Below, piece after piece: positions 1 to 9,115 of a DNA stretch of 64,000 nucleotides. The notes beneath the pieces were generated by a model. It made no database searches, had not been told where the DNA came from, and saw only the letters and a list, made by a program, of their open reading frames with translations. Positions within the stretch are counted from its first letter, which is position 1, and every line of letters begins with the position of its first letter. A program made the position numbers and the translations under genes. The stretch comes from Candidatus Omnitrophota bacterium (GTDB lineage: Bacteria; Omnitrophota; Gorgyraeia; Zapsychrales; Fredricksoniimonadaceae): the NCBI GenBank assembly GCA_903901225.1, contig CAIUQE010000019.1:1146-65145 (forward strand), given 5' to 3'.

Positions 1-612
1 ATACGCCCCGGCGCTGACGCGTTCGAAGAGGTGCACCTGGTTGGCCATCCGGTCATAGATGCCCTTGAAGTTAGGGCCATTGCCCATGGGCCAGTTGGCG
101 GGAAAGGCGTGGATCCCCAGGACTTTTTCGAGCTGGTCGATGAGCTCCAGCGGCGCCATGGAAGGCCGGTCGAGCTTGTTCATGAACGTGAAGATGGGGA
201 TGTTGCGCTTGCGGCAGATCTCGAAAAGCTTGCGCGTCTGGCCCTCAATACCCTTGCCGGCGTCGATCACCATGATGACCGCGTCAACCGCCATGAGCAC
301 GCGGTAGGTGTCTTCCGAAAAATCCTTGTGGCCGGGCGTGTCGAGCAGGTTCAGGCGGTAATTGTCGTAATCAAATTGCAGGACCGTCGATGAGATGGAT
401 ATGCCGCGTTTTTTCTCGAGCTCCATCCAGTCCGAGGCCGTGTCGCGTTGTTTCTTCTTCGATGTGACGGAACCGGCCAGGTCCAAGGCGCCCCCGTAGA
501 GCAGGAGCTTTTCCGTGAGCGTGGTCTTCCCCGCGTCGGGATGCGAAATGATCGCGAAGGTCCTGCGCCGGGCGGCTTCGTTTCTTATCTGTTCGCTGGT
601 ATCCAAGGCCAT
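1..612 (-). CDS. prfC: Peptide chain release factor 3 (RF3), N-terminal part; gene continues beyond window start
   Basis: Minus-strand reading from the ATG at 612-610 gives [43 protein letters not shown]...DTPGHKDF...FMNKLDR, which is the RF3 GTPase signature ([18 protein letters not shown]). It is absent from the ORF track because no stop lies inside the window. The + ORF 31..393 is its antisense shadow. Confidence 0.85.
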   Translation of the reverse strand, partial: MALDTSEQIRNEAARRRTFAIISHPDAGKTTLTEKLLLYGGALDLAGSVTSKKKQRDTASDWMELEKKRGISISSTVLQFDYDNYRLNLLDTPGHKDFSEDTYRVLMAVDAVIMVIDAGKGIEGQTRKLFEICRKRNIPIFTFMNKLDRPSMAPLELIDQLEKVLGIHAFPANWPMGNGPNFKGIYDRMANQVHLFERVSAGAY

Positions 613-711
613 GGCCTGTTCTCAGGGTTCGGGGTAAAACATCCTTGGAACTATATAGCATGAAGGCGATCTGTCAAGCGATCGCTTGCGGAGAGGTTTT
701 CTTGTGATATC

Positions 712-1203
712 ATGAAAAAAACAGGAGAAAATCGTATGCGCCGGATGTTGGGTATTCTGATAGCTATGGTCATGGTGTCGTTCAATTGTTTTGCCGCGCA
801 TGAGGCGGATATCGCGGGCGTGTGGACGGTGACGGATGGGAAATCGCGCATCGAGATCCAAAAAACGGATAAGGGCACCTTCGAGGGCAGGATCGTATGG
901 TTGAAAGATCCGGCTTACCTTGCCGGTGACGCCGAGGCGGGCGTCTTGAGGCATGACCGCAAGAACCCGGATGCGTCCCTGCGCGGCCGCGCGATCATGG
1001 GCCTTGTGATCATGAAGGGGTTCAAATTCGACGGCCGGCAGAAATGGTCCGGCGGCACGATCTATGACCCGAAGCAGGGCAAGACTTACAAAGGGACCAT
1101 GTCGTTGGCGGACGCCCAGACGCTGGACATGCGCGGTTTCATCGGCGTGTCCCTGCTGGGAAGGACCGAGAAGTGGAAACGTTACGCAGAGCCGGCTAAA
1201 TAG
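712..1203 (+). CDS. DUF2147-family secreted protein
   Basis: Signal-peptide-like N-terminus (LGILIAMVMVSFNCFAA). The GVW...G.IEI...G.F.G.I.W...P....GKTYKG pattern is typical of DUF2147. AT-rich upstream region. Confidence 0.55.
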   Translation: MKKTGENRMRRMLGILIAMVMVSFNCFAAHEADIAGVWTVTDGKSRIEIQKTDKGTFEGRIVWLKDPAYLAGDAEAGVLRHDRKNPDASLRGRAIMGLVIMKGFKFDGRQKWSGGTIYDPKQGKTYKGTMSLADAQTLDMRGFIGVSLLGRTEKWKRYAEPAK

Positions 1204-1475
1204 CCGGGGAAAAAGGCACTTCTTTTATTGAACATGTTTAGCGGGGAGAAGCCCATAATCCCGCCCGCGTTGTTACATCAAATTCACTCCCCCGACATAT
1301 TCCCTTCACACACCTCCATTATACTTTGCGTAAAAAGGAGGCCCTATGTGTGTTAGCAGGATGAAAAAGAGCAGGCTTAACAGGTTTTTCGACCGCTGTG
1401 ACCTGACCGTTGCGCCAAGGATCAGCCCGGATCTTCTGATCGAGGCGAGTTCCCGCAAGAAGCGCGTCCGTGTTT

Positions 1476-1676
1476 ATGAAAAGAACCAAAGCTGAAATGT
1501 TAAGAAATCCCGCTGTTCGCAAAGAGATCCAGCGCTACAAGTGGATCGAAAGCGAGATGGCGGGCTACGATATCGGCATGGAAAGGGCCAGCCGTGACTG
1601 GATGGAACGCCACGCCGCCGCCTGGCTCAAGGCGCACCGGAATTTCAGGATGTCAGGCCTCAAGCAGGCCTGGTGA
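1476..1676 (+). CDS. Small conserved hypothetical protein (KWIESE-AGYDIG motif)
   Basis: 68-aa ORF in the track (1470 GTG). The ATG at 1476 gives MKRTKAEML...EIQRYKWIESEMAGYDIGMERASRDWMERHAAAWL, a motif resembling a widespread small uncharacterised family. The start is uncertain. Confidence 0.3.
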   Translation: MKRTKAEMLRNPAVRKEIQRYKWIESEMAGYDIGMERASRDWMERHAAAWLKAHRNFRMSGLKQAW

Positions 1677-1820
1677 AACAAAATAGAATGGGGACATGTA
1701 TCAAATTCGTCCATTGAATTTGGTACGTCTCCCCGGTCTTGCTGCCGTTTTTTTGTTTGTTCCCAGAAGAGTTATCTGTTATATTCCGATTAAATAGTTT
1801 ATTGCGTTGGAGAGAGGCCC

Positions 1821-2081
1821 ATGCCCGAAATAGCCCGTTTTTATGGAATTATTATTTCGATGTTTTATGACGATCATAATCCGCCGCATTTTCACGCGCG
1901 CTATGGGGATGAGAGCGTTGTTATTCGTATTGATACATTAAGTGTTTTGGAAGGGAATGTTTCAGTTAGAGCGCAAGGGCTTATTGTTGAGTGGGCTTCT
2001 CAGCATAAAGAGGAATTGATTGAAGACTGGAACCTGGCTAAGCAGAATCAGGCCCCCAAGAAAGTCGCTCCCTTAAAGTGA
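1821..2081 (+). CDS. DUF4160 domain protein
   Basis: FYGIIISMFYDDHNPPHFHARYGDE is the DUF4160 signature. Low-GC region. Immediately followed by a DUF2442 gene, the usual pairing. Confidence 0.7.
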   Translation: MPEIARFYGIIISMFYDDHNPPHFHARYGDESVVIRIDTLSVLEGNVSVRAQGLIVEWASQHKEELIEDWNLAKQNQAPKKVAPLK

Positions 2082-2091
2082 GGACATTAAA

Positions 2092-2358
2092 ATGTACTAT
2101 GATGTGAAATCCGCACAATATTGTGATGGTTATAAAATACGGCTTTCCTTTGAAGACGGTAAAGGCGGCGTTGTTGATTTTCAGCCTTATCTTCACAAAG
2201 GCGGCGTTTTCGAAAAGTTTCGAGATATAAACTTCTTTAAGAAATTTAGTATTAATCAGGAGGTCGGGGTTTTGAGCTGGGAAGGTGATATAGACATCGC
2301 ACCTGAAACGATCTATTCCGCCGCGACAAAATTGCCAATGCCAAGATGGGCTGTATAG
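2092..2358 (+). CDS. DUF2442 domain protein
   Basis: 88 aa, an 11-bp gap after the DUF4160 gene, low GC. This is the typical DUF4160/DUF2442 two-gene cassette. Confidence 0.6.
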   Translation: MYYDVKSAQYCDGYKIRLSFEDGKGGVVDFQPYLHKGGVFEKFRDINFFKKFSINQEVGVLSWEGDIDIAPETIYSAATKLPMPRWAV

Positions 2359-3170
2359 TGAACCACGCCACGCCACGCCACGCCACGCCACGCCACGCCA
2401 TTTTTTTATTACTGTTTTTAGTTATTTTTTCTAATGCCAATGCCAAAGCTGCCGATATCGTCACCGGACTGGTGGGACACTGGAAACTTGACGGCAATGC
2501 CAAAGATTACAGCGGCAAGGGGGTTGATGGCACGATATATGGCGCAACAGCGACGACGGACAGGTTTGGCACGGCGAATGGGGCGATGGGTTTTGATGGG
2601 AGCAGCAATTTTATTAATCTCCAGGCTCCTTCGATTTTGAAATTTCAGAAAATTAATAATTTTTCAGTAGCTGCGTGGTTTAAGACCAGTTCTGCAACAG
2701 AACAATATATCTTCAGTTTTTTTTCGCATACGGTAAATGCTGGATGCGCGCCTGCGAGTCATGGGTATCTTTTTGGTATTCAAAGTTCAGGAATAGTTTT
2801 TATTACTTTTGATGACGGTAGCTCTCATTCAATATTCAGCGCATTAAATTATAACAATAATTTATGGCATCATGTTGTTGGTGTTTGGAATGGCACAAAT
2901 TTAAATCTATATGTTGATGGGGCATCGGTTGCCACACCAGTGGCGGGGCCGACTGCTGCGATCACATATAGTTCGCCACTACATGCCAATATTGGTGAAT
3001 CTAATTGTTATACTGGTTTAACGCCAGGGGGGCAATTTAATGGCAGTGTCGACGACGTCCGCGTCTACAAACGTGCTTTAACCCAGGCCGATGTCACCGC
3101 GCTCTACAATATGGGCCAGGCAAGGACAATGCTGAACAGGGCCATCCTGCGTAGCGGGGTGATAAGGTAG
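2346..3170 (+). CDS. Secreted LamG/concanavalin-A-like lectin domain protein
   Basis: The ATG at 2346 overlaps the DUF2442 stop. Signal peptide IFLLLFLVIFSNANA|KAADIV. The body has LamG_3-type motifs (WFK, NLYVDG, DDVRVYKRAL). About 40% GC versus about 60% for the genome. Confidence 0.7.
   Translation: MGCIVNHATPRHATPRHAIFLLLFLVIFSNANAKAADIVTGLVGHWKLDGNAKDYSGKGVDGTIYGATATTDRFGTANGAMGFDGSSNFINLQAPSILKFQKINNFSVAAWFKTSSATEQYIFSFFSHTVNAGCAPASHGYLFGIQSSGIVFITFDDGSSHSIFSALNYNNNLWHHVVGVWNGTNLNLYVDGASVATPVAGPTAAITYSSPLHANIGESNCYTGLTPGGQFNGSVDDVRVYKRALTQADVTALYNMGQARTMLNRAILRSGVIR
2364..2400 (+). repeat. Pentanucleotide SSR (CACGC)x7 inside the 5' coding region of the LamG gene
   Basis: Sequence aac(cacgc)x7ca directly followed by a T7 run. 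It is translated as HATPRHATPRHA between the start codon and the signal-peptide h-region. Confidence 0.9.
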
Positions 3171-3177
3171 TTGATCT

Positions 3178-3321
3178 TTAAGTTTTCTTCCTGAGGCACA
3201 TCACGGCCTTGAAACACCGCAGGGCGATGAACGCGCCCAGGGTCAGGAGGAAAATGACGGGCCAGAGCAGGACGGCCCAGGCGCGCGTGAGGATTGCTTT
3301 GCAGGGGCAGGTGGTTGTCAT
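3178..3321 (-). CDS. Small Cys-containing membrane peptide (47 aa), translationally coupled to upstream radical SAM gene
   Basis: [47 protein letters not shown]. Its ATG overlaps the TGA of the radical SAM gene (ATGA). It is below the length cut-off of the ORF track. Confidence 0.3.
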   Translation of the reverse strand: MTTTCPCKAILTRAWAVLLWPVIFLLTLGAFIALRCFKAVMCLRKKT

Positions 3322-4865
3322 GATATGGTCAGTTCGCTGTTGTAGAAAAGTTCATGGCGGATCTTGCGGATGAGCTTCAGTTCCGGCGCGAAATGGTACA
3401 TCCGGTTCCTTAATTTCATCGCGTAATAATAACTCACGAAACGGGCCACGCCCTGCGCCAGCGCGCGCGTCGGGCGGTGGCGCAGGCTCCCCATCACGTT
3501 GACGATCGCGTTCGACAGGATGCTCATGTAGGAAATGTTGCCCAGAGCGTCGCGTGCCGCGGCGTCGAACCAGGGGCTGCGCCGCCCCTGGGCGTCATAA
3601 TCGTCAAAGATCCAGTCCGCCCATTCTTCCAGGCTTTCCGGTGGTCGCAGGCCGTGCTCCAGGGCCAGCTTGAAATCGGGCGTCCCCGGCAAAGGCGTGT
3701 AGATCGCCATGGTCTCCATCTGCGCGCAGGGGTTCTCCGCCCGCAACTGGAAGGCAAGGGCGATCGTCTGGTCGATGTCCGCGAATGTTTCCGTCGGGTA
3801 ACCGATCATGAGGCTGAACGCGGGGATGATGCCGTGTTTCTTGCAGCGCTGGTTGGCGGCCAGGGTTTGCTCGAGGGTGATGCCCTTGTTCATGAGATCG
3901 AGCGTCTTCTGCGACCCGGATTCCGCGCCGAATTTGAGCGTGTAGGCCCCGGCCCGCTTGAGCGTGCGGATCTCGTCATCCGTCGCTTTCCCGAAGACAT
4001 CGACCCGCGTGCCGGATGTGTAAAATGAGATGTTCAGGTCCTGTTTGATCATGCCCTCGCAGATGGCGTTCGCGCGGGCGCGGTCGATATAAAATTCATC
4101 GTCCCTCAGCCAGATGCCGTTAAGCTTGAGCCGTTTGACCGTATCGACGATCATGCCGACGCTTTTTGCCACGGACATCGCGCGCCAGCGCCGCTGTCGG
4201 ATCGAGGAGCTGCTGCAGAAGCCGCACGCGAAGGGGCATCCGCGGCTGGTCTGGCCGATGTCCAGCACGCGGGTGCTTTCCTTGAGGTACATGTCCGGAT
4301 GGATGTATTTCTCGACGTCAACGAGTTCCCAGGGGGTTGGCAGGAGCCCTTCGACATCCAGGAGGGGCCTGTCCGGCGTGCGGATGACCTTTCCCTGTTC
4401 CTTGAAAAGGATCCCTTTAATATCATGCCAGCGCCGCTTCGCGGCCATGGCTTGCACCAGTTCGAGGAAACTTTCATCGCCTTCGCCCATGACCACAACA
4501 TCCACGTTGGGATGGCGCAGGGTCTGTTCGGGCAGGACCGAGGGGTGACAACCTCCCCAGACGAGCGGTGTTGTGCCGCCGGTAAGTTCCCGGCACAGCG
4601 CGCTCAGGTGCAAGGCATGGCGGATCTGCGTCCCCGTCATGGTCGATATCCCGATGCACAAGAGGTCGGAAGAAATATAGCGGCTGAGGGTTTCCCGTGT
4701 TATGCTTTCGGCCCGCTGGTCAAGCAGGGTGACCTTAAGACCGGCTTTAAGCAAAGGGGCCGCGATGGATAACAGCGCGTGGGGCGGAGCGATGGTCGAG
4801 CCAAAGTCCATGCCTGTCTTGGGGTACAACAAAAGGATGTGGGGGCGCGGTTCGTGTGAATGCAT
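3318..4865 (-). CDS. B12-binding domain radical SAM protein
   Basis: N-terminal B12-binding-like region ([17 protein letters not shown]). CPFACGFC is a CxxxCxxC radical SAM cluster motif. Followed by a TIM-barrel-like core. Confidence 0.8.
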   Translation of the reverse strand: MHSHEPRPHILLLYPKTGMDFGSTIAPPHALLSIAAPLLKAGLKVTLLDQRAESITRETLSRYISSDLLCIGISTMTGTQIRHALHLSALCRELTGGTTPLVWGGCHPSVLPEQTLRHPNVDVVVMGEGDESFLELVQAMAAKRRWHDIKGILFKEQGKVIRTPDRPLLDVEGLLPTPWELVDVEKYIHPDMYLKESTRVLDIGQTSRGCPFACGFCSSSSIRQRRWRAMSVAKSVGMIVDTVKRLKLNGIWLRDDEFYIDRARANAICEGMIKQDLNISFYTSGTRVDVFGKATDDEIRTLKRAGAYTLKFGAESGSQKTLDLMNKGITLEQTLAANQRCKKHGIIPAFSLMIGYPTETFADIDQTIALAFQLRAENPCAQMETMAIYTPLPGTPDFKLALEHGLRPPESLEEWADWIFDDYDAQGRRSPWFDAAARDALGNISYMSILSNAIVNVMGSLRHRPTRALAQGVARFVSYYYAMKLRNRMYHFAPELKLIRKIRHELFYNSELTIS

Positions 4866-4943
4866 TGAGAGTTTAGAAAGTTCTTTGAATAGCTGTCAGC
4901 ATACTATATAAATAGTCAGTTAAAGTCTAGTTGAAACCCAATA

Positions 4944-6593
4944 ATGCGCGGGGTGGGTGTGGCTCTGGAATCTGTCCTGAAGTTTCAGAAGAAGATATTC
5001 TTTCTGTTGGCTTTTTTGACGGGCATGGTGGTCTTATCGAATTACAGCGATTTTCAGGTGGCGGTCGCGCAGGGAGATCATGGCCGGGACCTTTACGCGT
5101 TCAAGCGGGTCCTCGAAGGCGCTGTCCCGTACCGTGACTTTTCCTGGCTTTTCGGCCCGCTCATGGCGTATTATTACGCGTTCTTTTTCAAATTGTGCGG
5201 CGTCAGCATCCAATCGGCACTGCTGGGACAGAACATCCTGATCCTGCTGACAGGGATGGTCATGTACCTGGCGTGTGCCCGGCTCCTGACGCCGACGTGG
5301 GGTTTTCTGTGCGCGTTGATGTACTGGGCGCTGCGGGGGAGCGAATTTTTCTACACCTACAACCATTCGGGCGGGATTCTGTGCATCGTTCTCGTCGCCT
5401 ATGCGTTCTTCAGGTATGTGCAAGACGCTTCCCTGCGGCACGTCGCTTTGGGCTTCGGGGTAATGTTTTTGTTCATGCTGATCCGCCTTAATATGGCCTG
5501 CGCCCTGTTGGCCGTATGGGCAGGTGCGTTGATCTGCCTGGATATTTTGCGCAAGGACCCGCGGCTGGGCCTGAAGGTGCGGGTGTATGTTTACGGGGGG
5601 GCGGCCTGCCTGGCCCTGGCTGTTTTTGTGTACTGGCTTTATTTTCGCGGCCAGCCGTTATATGTACTTTGGGAGAGTTTTCCGCTTTCGAAAGCCCAGC
5701 GCACCGATGAGGCCGGGGTCATGGCTTCCCTGCACTATCTGATCATTGTGCTGTACCGGCTGATGACCAGTTCATTTATGTGGGCCGGAATTATGGTCTG
5801 TCTGTTCGGGGGAGTGATGAAGCTTCTTCTCACGTTGACGCGCAAAGATCTTTTTCCGGAGAGGGAGCGGATCGGCATGGGGGTCACGCTCCTGTTCCTT
5901 GCCGGTACGGTTGCGGCCACACTGCATGAGTTCCTTCTCAGTGGCATTGACTACCGGCTTTATTGGGCTTTTCCGTCCACGGTGCTGCTCATGATCTTTG
6001 TGCTTGGCCATGCCGTAGCGGGGCCGCGTTATCGGGTTGTCCGGGGTGTCCTTTACGCCACGGTCTTCTGGATAGCCGTGTTGACTCTGCAGGGGGCCTT
6101 GGCGCAGGCCAGGTCTTCGAGAACTCCGGCGCATCTTTTGCAGCGCGGGCAGAACCGGGTTTATACCACGCAAGAGGCGGTTTGGTACGTGACCGTGGGG
6201 CAGGCCTGCGATTTTATCGCCAAGAATGTTCCGGCGGGCGAGAAGCTTTTCACCATGCCGTTCGATACGTTGTATAATTACTTAACAGGCAGGGATCAGC
6301 CGACACGTCAATGGGTTTATTTCCAGCACATGATCATCCCTGAAGAACAGGAGCGGCAGGTCATTCAGGACCTGGAGCGGGAGAAGGTTAATTGGGTCCT
6401 CGTGTCCAACAGGGCGATCTCGATCGAGGGCGGGCTTGGCCTGCTGGGCCGCGATTATTGCACTGTGCTCTGGAAATATATCGACAAGAACTACCAGCCC
6501 GCCGCCCGCTTCGGGCAGTGGTCTTCTTCGCCCAGCTGGGCTTGGAACCACGGGGTCATCATATTTAAAAGAAAAGTGCCATTCGCGCACTGA
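4944..6593 (+). CDS. Polytopic membrane protein, putative GT-C-type glycosyltransferase (ArnT/PMT-like)
   Basis: True ATG at 4944. Roughly 11-13 predicted TM helices in the first two-thirds, then a soluble C-terminal domain. Divergent from the radical SAM gene. Family assignment is tentative. Confidence 0.4.
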   Translation: MRGVGVALESVLKFQKKIFFLLAFLTGMVVLSNYSDFQVAVAQGDHGRDLYAFKRVLEGAVPYRDFSWLFGPLMAYYYAFFFKLCGVSIQSALLGQNILILLTGMVMYLACARLLTPTWGFLCALMYWALRGSEFFYTYNHSGGILCIVLVAYAFFRYVQDASLRHVALGFGVMFLFMLIRLNMACALLAVWAGALICLDILRKDPRLGLKVRVYVYGGAACLALAVFVYWLYFRGQPLYVLWESFPLSKAQRTDEAGVMASLHYLIIVLYRLMTSSFMWAGIMVCLFGGVMKLLLTLTRKDLFPERERIGMGVTLLFLAGTVAATLHEFLLSGIDYRLYWAFPSTVLLMIFVLGHAVAGPRYRVVRGVLYATVFWIAVLTLQGALAQARSSRTPAHLLQRGQNRVYTTQEAVWYVTVGQACDFIAKNVPAGEKLFTMPFDTLYNYLTGRDQPTRQWVYFQHMIIPEEQERQVIQDLEREKVNWVLVSNRAISIEGGLGLLGRDYCTVLWKYIDKNYQPAARFGQWSSSPSWAWNHGVIIFKRKVPFAH

Positions 6594-6610
6594 ACCAACA
6601 AGGAGAACGT

Positions 6611-7030
6611 ATGACAGAGCAGATCAAGGATCCGGCCAATGTTCCGGCTGTCCCACCGGCGAGCGTTGTGAGCAACGCGAGCGCAGCGAGCGCAGCGAGT
6701 GCCGAGAGCGTGATGACCATCGACGATTTCAAGAAATTCAAATTCATCGTCGCGCAGATCAAGGAAGCCGCCATTCATCCGAACGCGGACAAGTTGTTCG
6801 TGGTCAAGGTCGACACCGGCACGGAGGAGCGTCAGCTGGTCGCGGGCATCCGCCGTTCTTACACGCCGGAACAGCTGGTGGGTCGGCGCGTGGTCATTGT
6901 CGCGAACCTGGCGCCCGCTGTCATCCGGGGTGTCGCCTCGCAGGGGATGATCCTCGCCGCTTCAGACGACCAGGGTATCTCGATCCTCGCGCCGGATCGT
7001 GATGTGGCCCTTGGCAGTACGGTGAAATAA
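6611..7030 (+). CDS. tRNA-binding domain protein (CsaA/Trbp111-like OB fold)
   Basis: FKKFKFIVAQIKEAAIHPNADKLFVVKVDTG...RRVVIVANLAP matches the EMAP/MetRS-C-terminal type tRNA-binding domain. A low-complexity Ser/Ala linker lies at the N-terminus. Confidence 0.65.
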   Translation: MTEQIKDPANVPAVPPASVVSNASAASAASAESVMTIDDFKKFKFIVAQIKEAAIHPNADKLFVVKVDTGTEERQLVAGIRRSYTPEQLVGRRVVIVANLAPAVIRGVASQGMILAASDDQGISILAPDRDVALGSTVK

Positions 7031-7037
7031 TTCCGGC

Positions 7038-8423
7038 ATGGACATCCCCCTGGCCGTAACGTCCCAGGAGTGCCTGGCGTGCCGCGGGTGCTGCCGGTTC
7101 CACGCGCCCGATGATGCCTGGTCACCCCGCCTTACGGCGGAGGATGCCGCCTTGCTCCTGAAAGCGCAGCCCGACGGCGGCTGGCAGGGTGGCGGTGGCC
7201 GCCTTGCGCTCAAAGCCTGTCAAAGCGGGCATGCCTGCCCCTTTCTTGAGGAAGGTTCCGGAAAGTGCGGCGTTTACGACGATCGGCCTTTCGAATGCCG
7301 CCTGTATCCTTTTCTTTTGTCACGCGAGGACACGGGGTTTCGGGTGTACGCGCACACAAGCTGCCCGGCCATTCAAAGGGATGGCGCGTCGTCGCACGCG
7401 CAGGGGATCAGGGAACTTTTCCGGCAGGATGCGGCGCAGCGATTCGCCCAGGAGAACGCGGCAAACTTTGCCGATTATTCTTCTTTCCGGGATGAGGTTG
7501 AGGAAGTTTACGCCTTTGATCCCGGGGCGGGCTTATGGGCGCAGCGGCAGTTGATCGAAGAGGCCCTTTCCAGGAACACACGAACGCTGTCCTCATTGTC
7601 CTTTGTGAATTTATTTGCCTGGCAGGGGTTCTTTCGTTTTGATGTCGAGGCCATTGACGGGGCTGTGTGTGTTTTTGCCGCGCAGCCTGCCGGGATTTTC
7701 CTCTACTGGCCGCCGCTCGGAGAAAATATCCCCGCGTCGGCGGTCGCGACGTGTTTTGAGAAGATGCGCGCGGTCAACCGCGGCGGCAGCCTGACGCGCG
7801 TCGAGAACGTGGCCGCGGATGAATTGCGTTTTTTCGACGAGCGGCTTTACCGGTTTGAGCCGCGCGGCCATGAGTATGTCTACGACCGCGCGCGGGTCGC
7901 CCTGTTGCGCGGCCAGGGTTACAAGTCCCGGCGCGGGGACGCGAATATGTTCAGGCGCCGTTATGCCGGGATGTGCAACTTCCGGCCATACGCGCCGTCC
8001 GACTTCAATGCTTGCGCGCTGCTTTTTGACCGATGGCTTGACGGGCGGCTGGGGAAATACGACAATGATGTGTACGGCCACATGCTGCGTGAGAACCGTT
8101 CGGTGCACCGGCTGGTCCTGGCGTACGCCCCCCAGCTCGGGCTGGTCGGCCGGGTCGTTGCGGTCAACGGGAAGCTCGTGGCGTATACGTTCGGCTATGA
8201 GCTTGGCCCGGACACGTTCTGTGTCCTGTTCGAGATCGCGGACCTTGAGGTAAAAGGCCTCGCGGCGTTCGTATTCCGGGCGTTGTGCGCGGACCCGGCG
8301 CTGGAAAATTTCACGCGGATCAATGCCATGGATGATTTCGCGGCAGAGCAGCTCGGGCGGACCAAAATGTCGTGGAGGCCACAGCGGCTTGAGCCGGTTT
8401 ACGCGGTGCTACCAAGGGAGTGA
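7038..8423 (+). CDS. Fusion protein: N-terminal YkgJ-type CxxCxxCC cysteine cluster domain plus C-terminal DUF2156-like domain
   Basis: CLACRGCCRF...CPFLEEGSGKCGVYDDRPFECRLYPF matches the YkgJ/UPF0153 cysteine cluster. The C-terminal half resembles the DUF2156 domain (aminoacyl-phosphatidylglycerol-synthase-like). Confidence 0.5.
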   Translation: MDIPLAVTSQECLACRGCCRFHAPDDAWSPRLTAEDAALLLKAQPDGGWQGGGGRLALKACQSGHACPFLEEGSGKCGVYDDRPFECRLYPFLLSREDTGFRVYAHTSCPAIQRDGASSHAQGIRELFRQDAAQRFAQENAANFADYSSFRDEVEEVYAFDPGAGLWAQRQLIEEALSRNTRTLSSLSFVNLFAWQGFFRFDVEAIDGAVCVFAAQPAGIFLYWPPLGENIPASAVATCFEKMRAVNRGGSLTRVENVAADELRFFDERLYRFEPRGHEYVYDRARVALLRGQGYKSRRGDANMFRRRYAGMCNFRPYAPSDFNACALLFDRWLDGRLGKYDNDVYGHMLRENRSVHRLVLAYAPQLGLVGRVVAVNGKLVAYTFGYELGPDTFCVLFEIADLEVKGLAAFVFRALCADPALENFTRINAMDDFAAEQLGRTKMSWRPQRLEPVYAVLPRE

Positions 8424-8426
8424 CGG

Positions 8427-9047
8427 ATGCAGCTTCAGGACATGGAATATGTGGTGTTCGACGTTGAAACGACGGGGCTTTCGCCGCTCGACGGGGACCG
8501 TATCATCGAGCTTTCCGCGGCGCGCGTGCGCCGGGGGGTTGTCGTCGACCGTTATGACACGTTCGTTGACCCGCGAAGGCCGCTGAACCTTGAGGCGCAG
8601 AAGCTTAACAAGATCACGGACGCGATGATCAAGGGGGCGCCTACATCGGCGCAGGTATTGCCGGAGTTCATGGAATTCGCGGGAGGCGCCTGCCTTGCCG
8701 CGCACAACGCCTCTTTTGACATCAAGTTCGTCAGTTATGAACTGTCGCTCGCGGGGCGCAGGCTTCACGGGGCGACGCCTGTGCTTGACACCATGAAGAT
8801 GTCCAGAAGTTTCCTGCCGCACCTGACGAGCCAGCGGCTGAGCTACATCGCGCATTCGCTCGGGGTTAAGGTTGGTGACACGCACCGCGCGACGGCGGAT
8901 GTGGAGATCCTGGTGGGGGTGCTCGGCCGGCTTTTTGCCCTGGCGTCGGATTACAACATCCGCACGTTCCAGGAACTTATCGCGCAATTCGGCGTGGAGA
9001 AGCCGAATTTCAGGTTCCGGACCGATGAGCAGCCTTCTTTGTTCTAG
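8427..9047 (+). CDS. dnaQ: DnaQ-like 3'-5' exonuclease (DNA polymerase III epsilon family)
   Basis: VVFDVETTGLSP (Exo I), AAHNASFDIKFV (Exo II), HRATADVEIL (Exo III). Confidence 0.85.
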   Translation: MQLQDMEYVVFDVETTGLSPLDGDRIIELSAARVRRGVVVDRYDTFVDPRRPLNLEAQKLNKITDAMIKGAPTSAQVLPEFMEFAGGACLAAHNASFDIKFVSYELSLAGRRLHGATPVLDTMKMSRSFLPHLTSQRLSYIAHSLGVKVGDTHRATADVEILVGVLGRLFALASDYNIRTFQELIAQFGVEKPNFRFRTDEQPSLF

Positions 9048-9115
9048 CTGGGACAGTTGCATTTGCGTGAAGACTTTCTTGCGAAGCGGCGAACCTGCCG
9101 TTATAATGGGAGCCA

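Noticed and set aside
31-393. 120-aa + strand ORF at the window start
   Set aside because: It lies antisense to the clearly recognisable prfC (RF3) coding sequence on the minus strand. It is an open frame created by GC-rich codon bias, not a gene.
2364-2400. Possible CRISPR-like or spacer array
   Set aside because: It is a single homogeneous 5-bp microsatellite with no spacers. It is an SSR inside a coding region, not a CRISPR.
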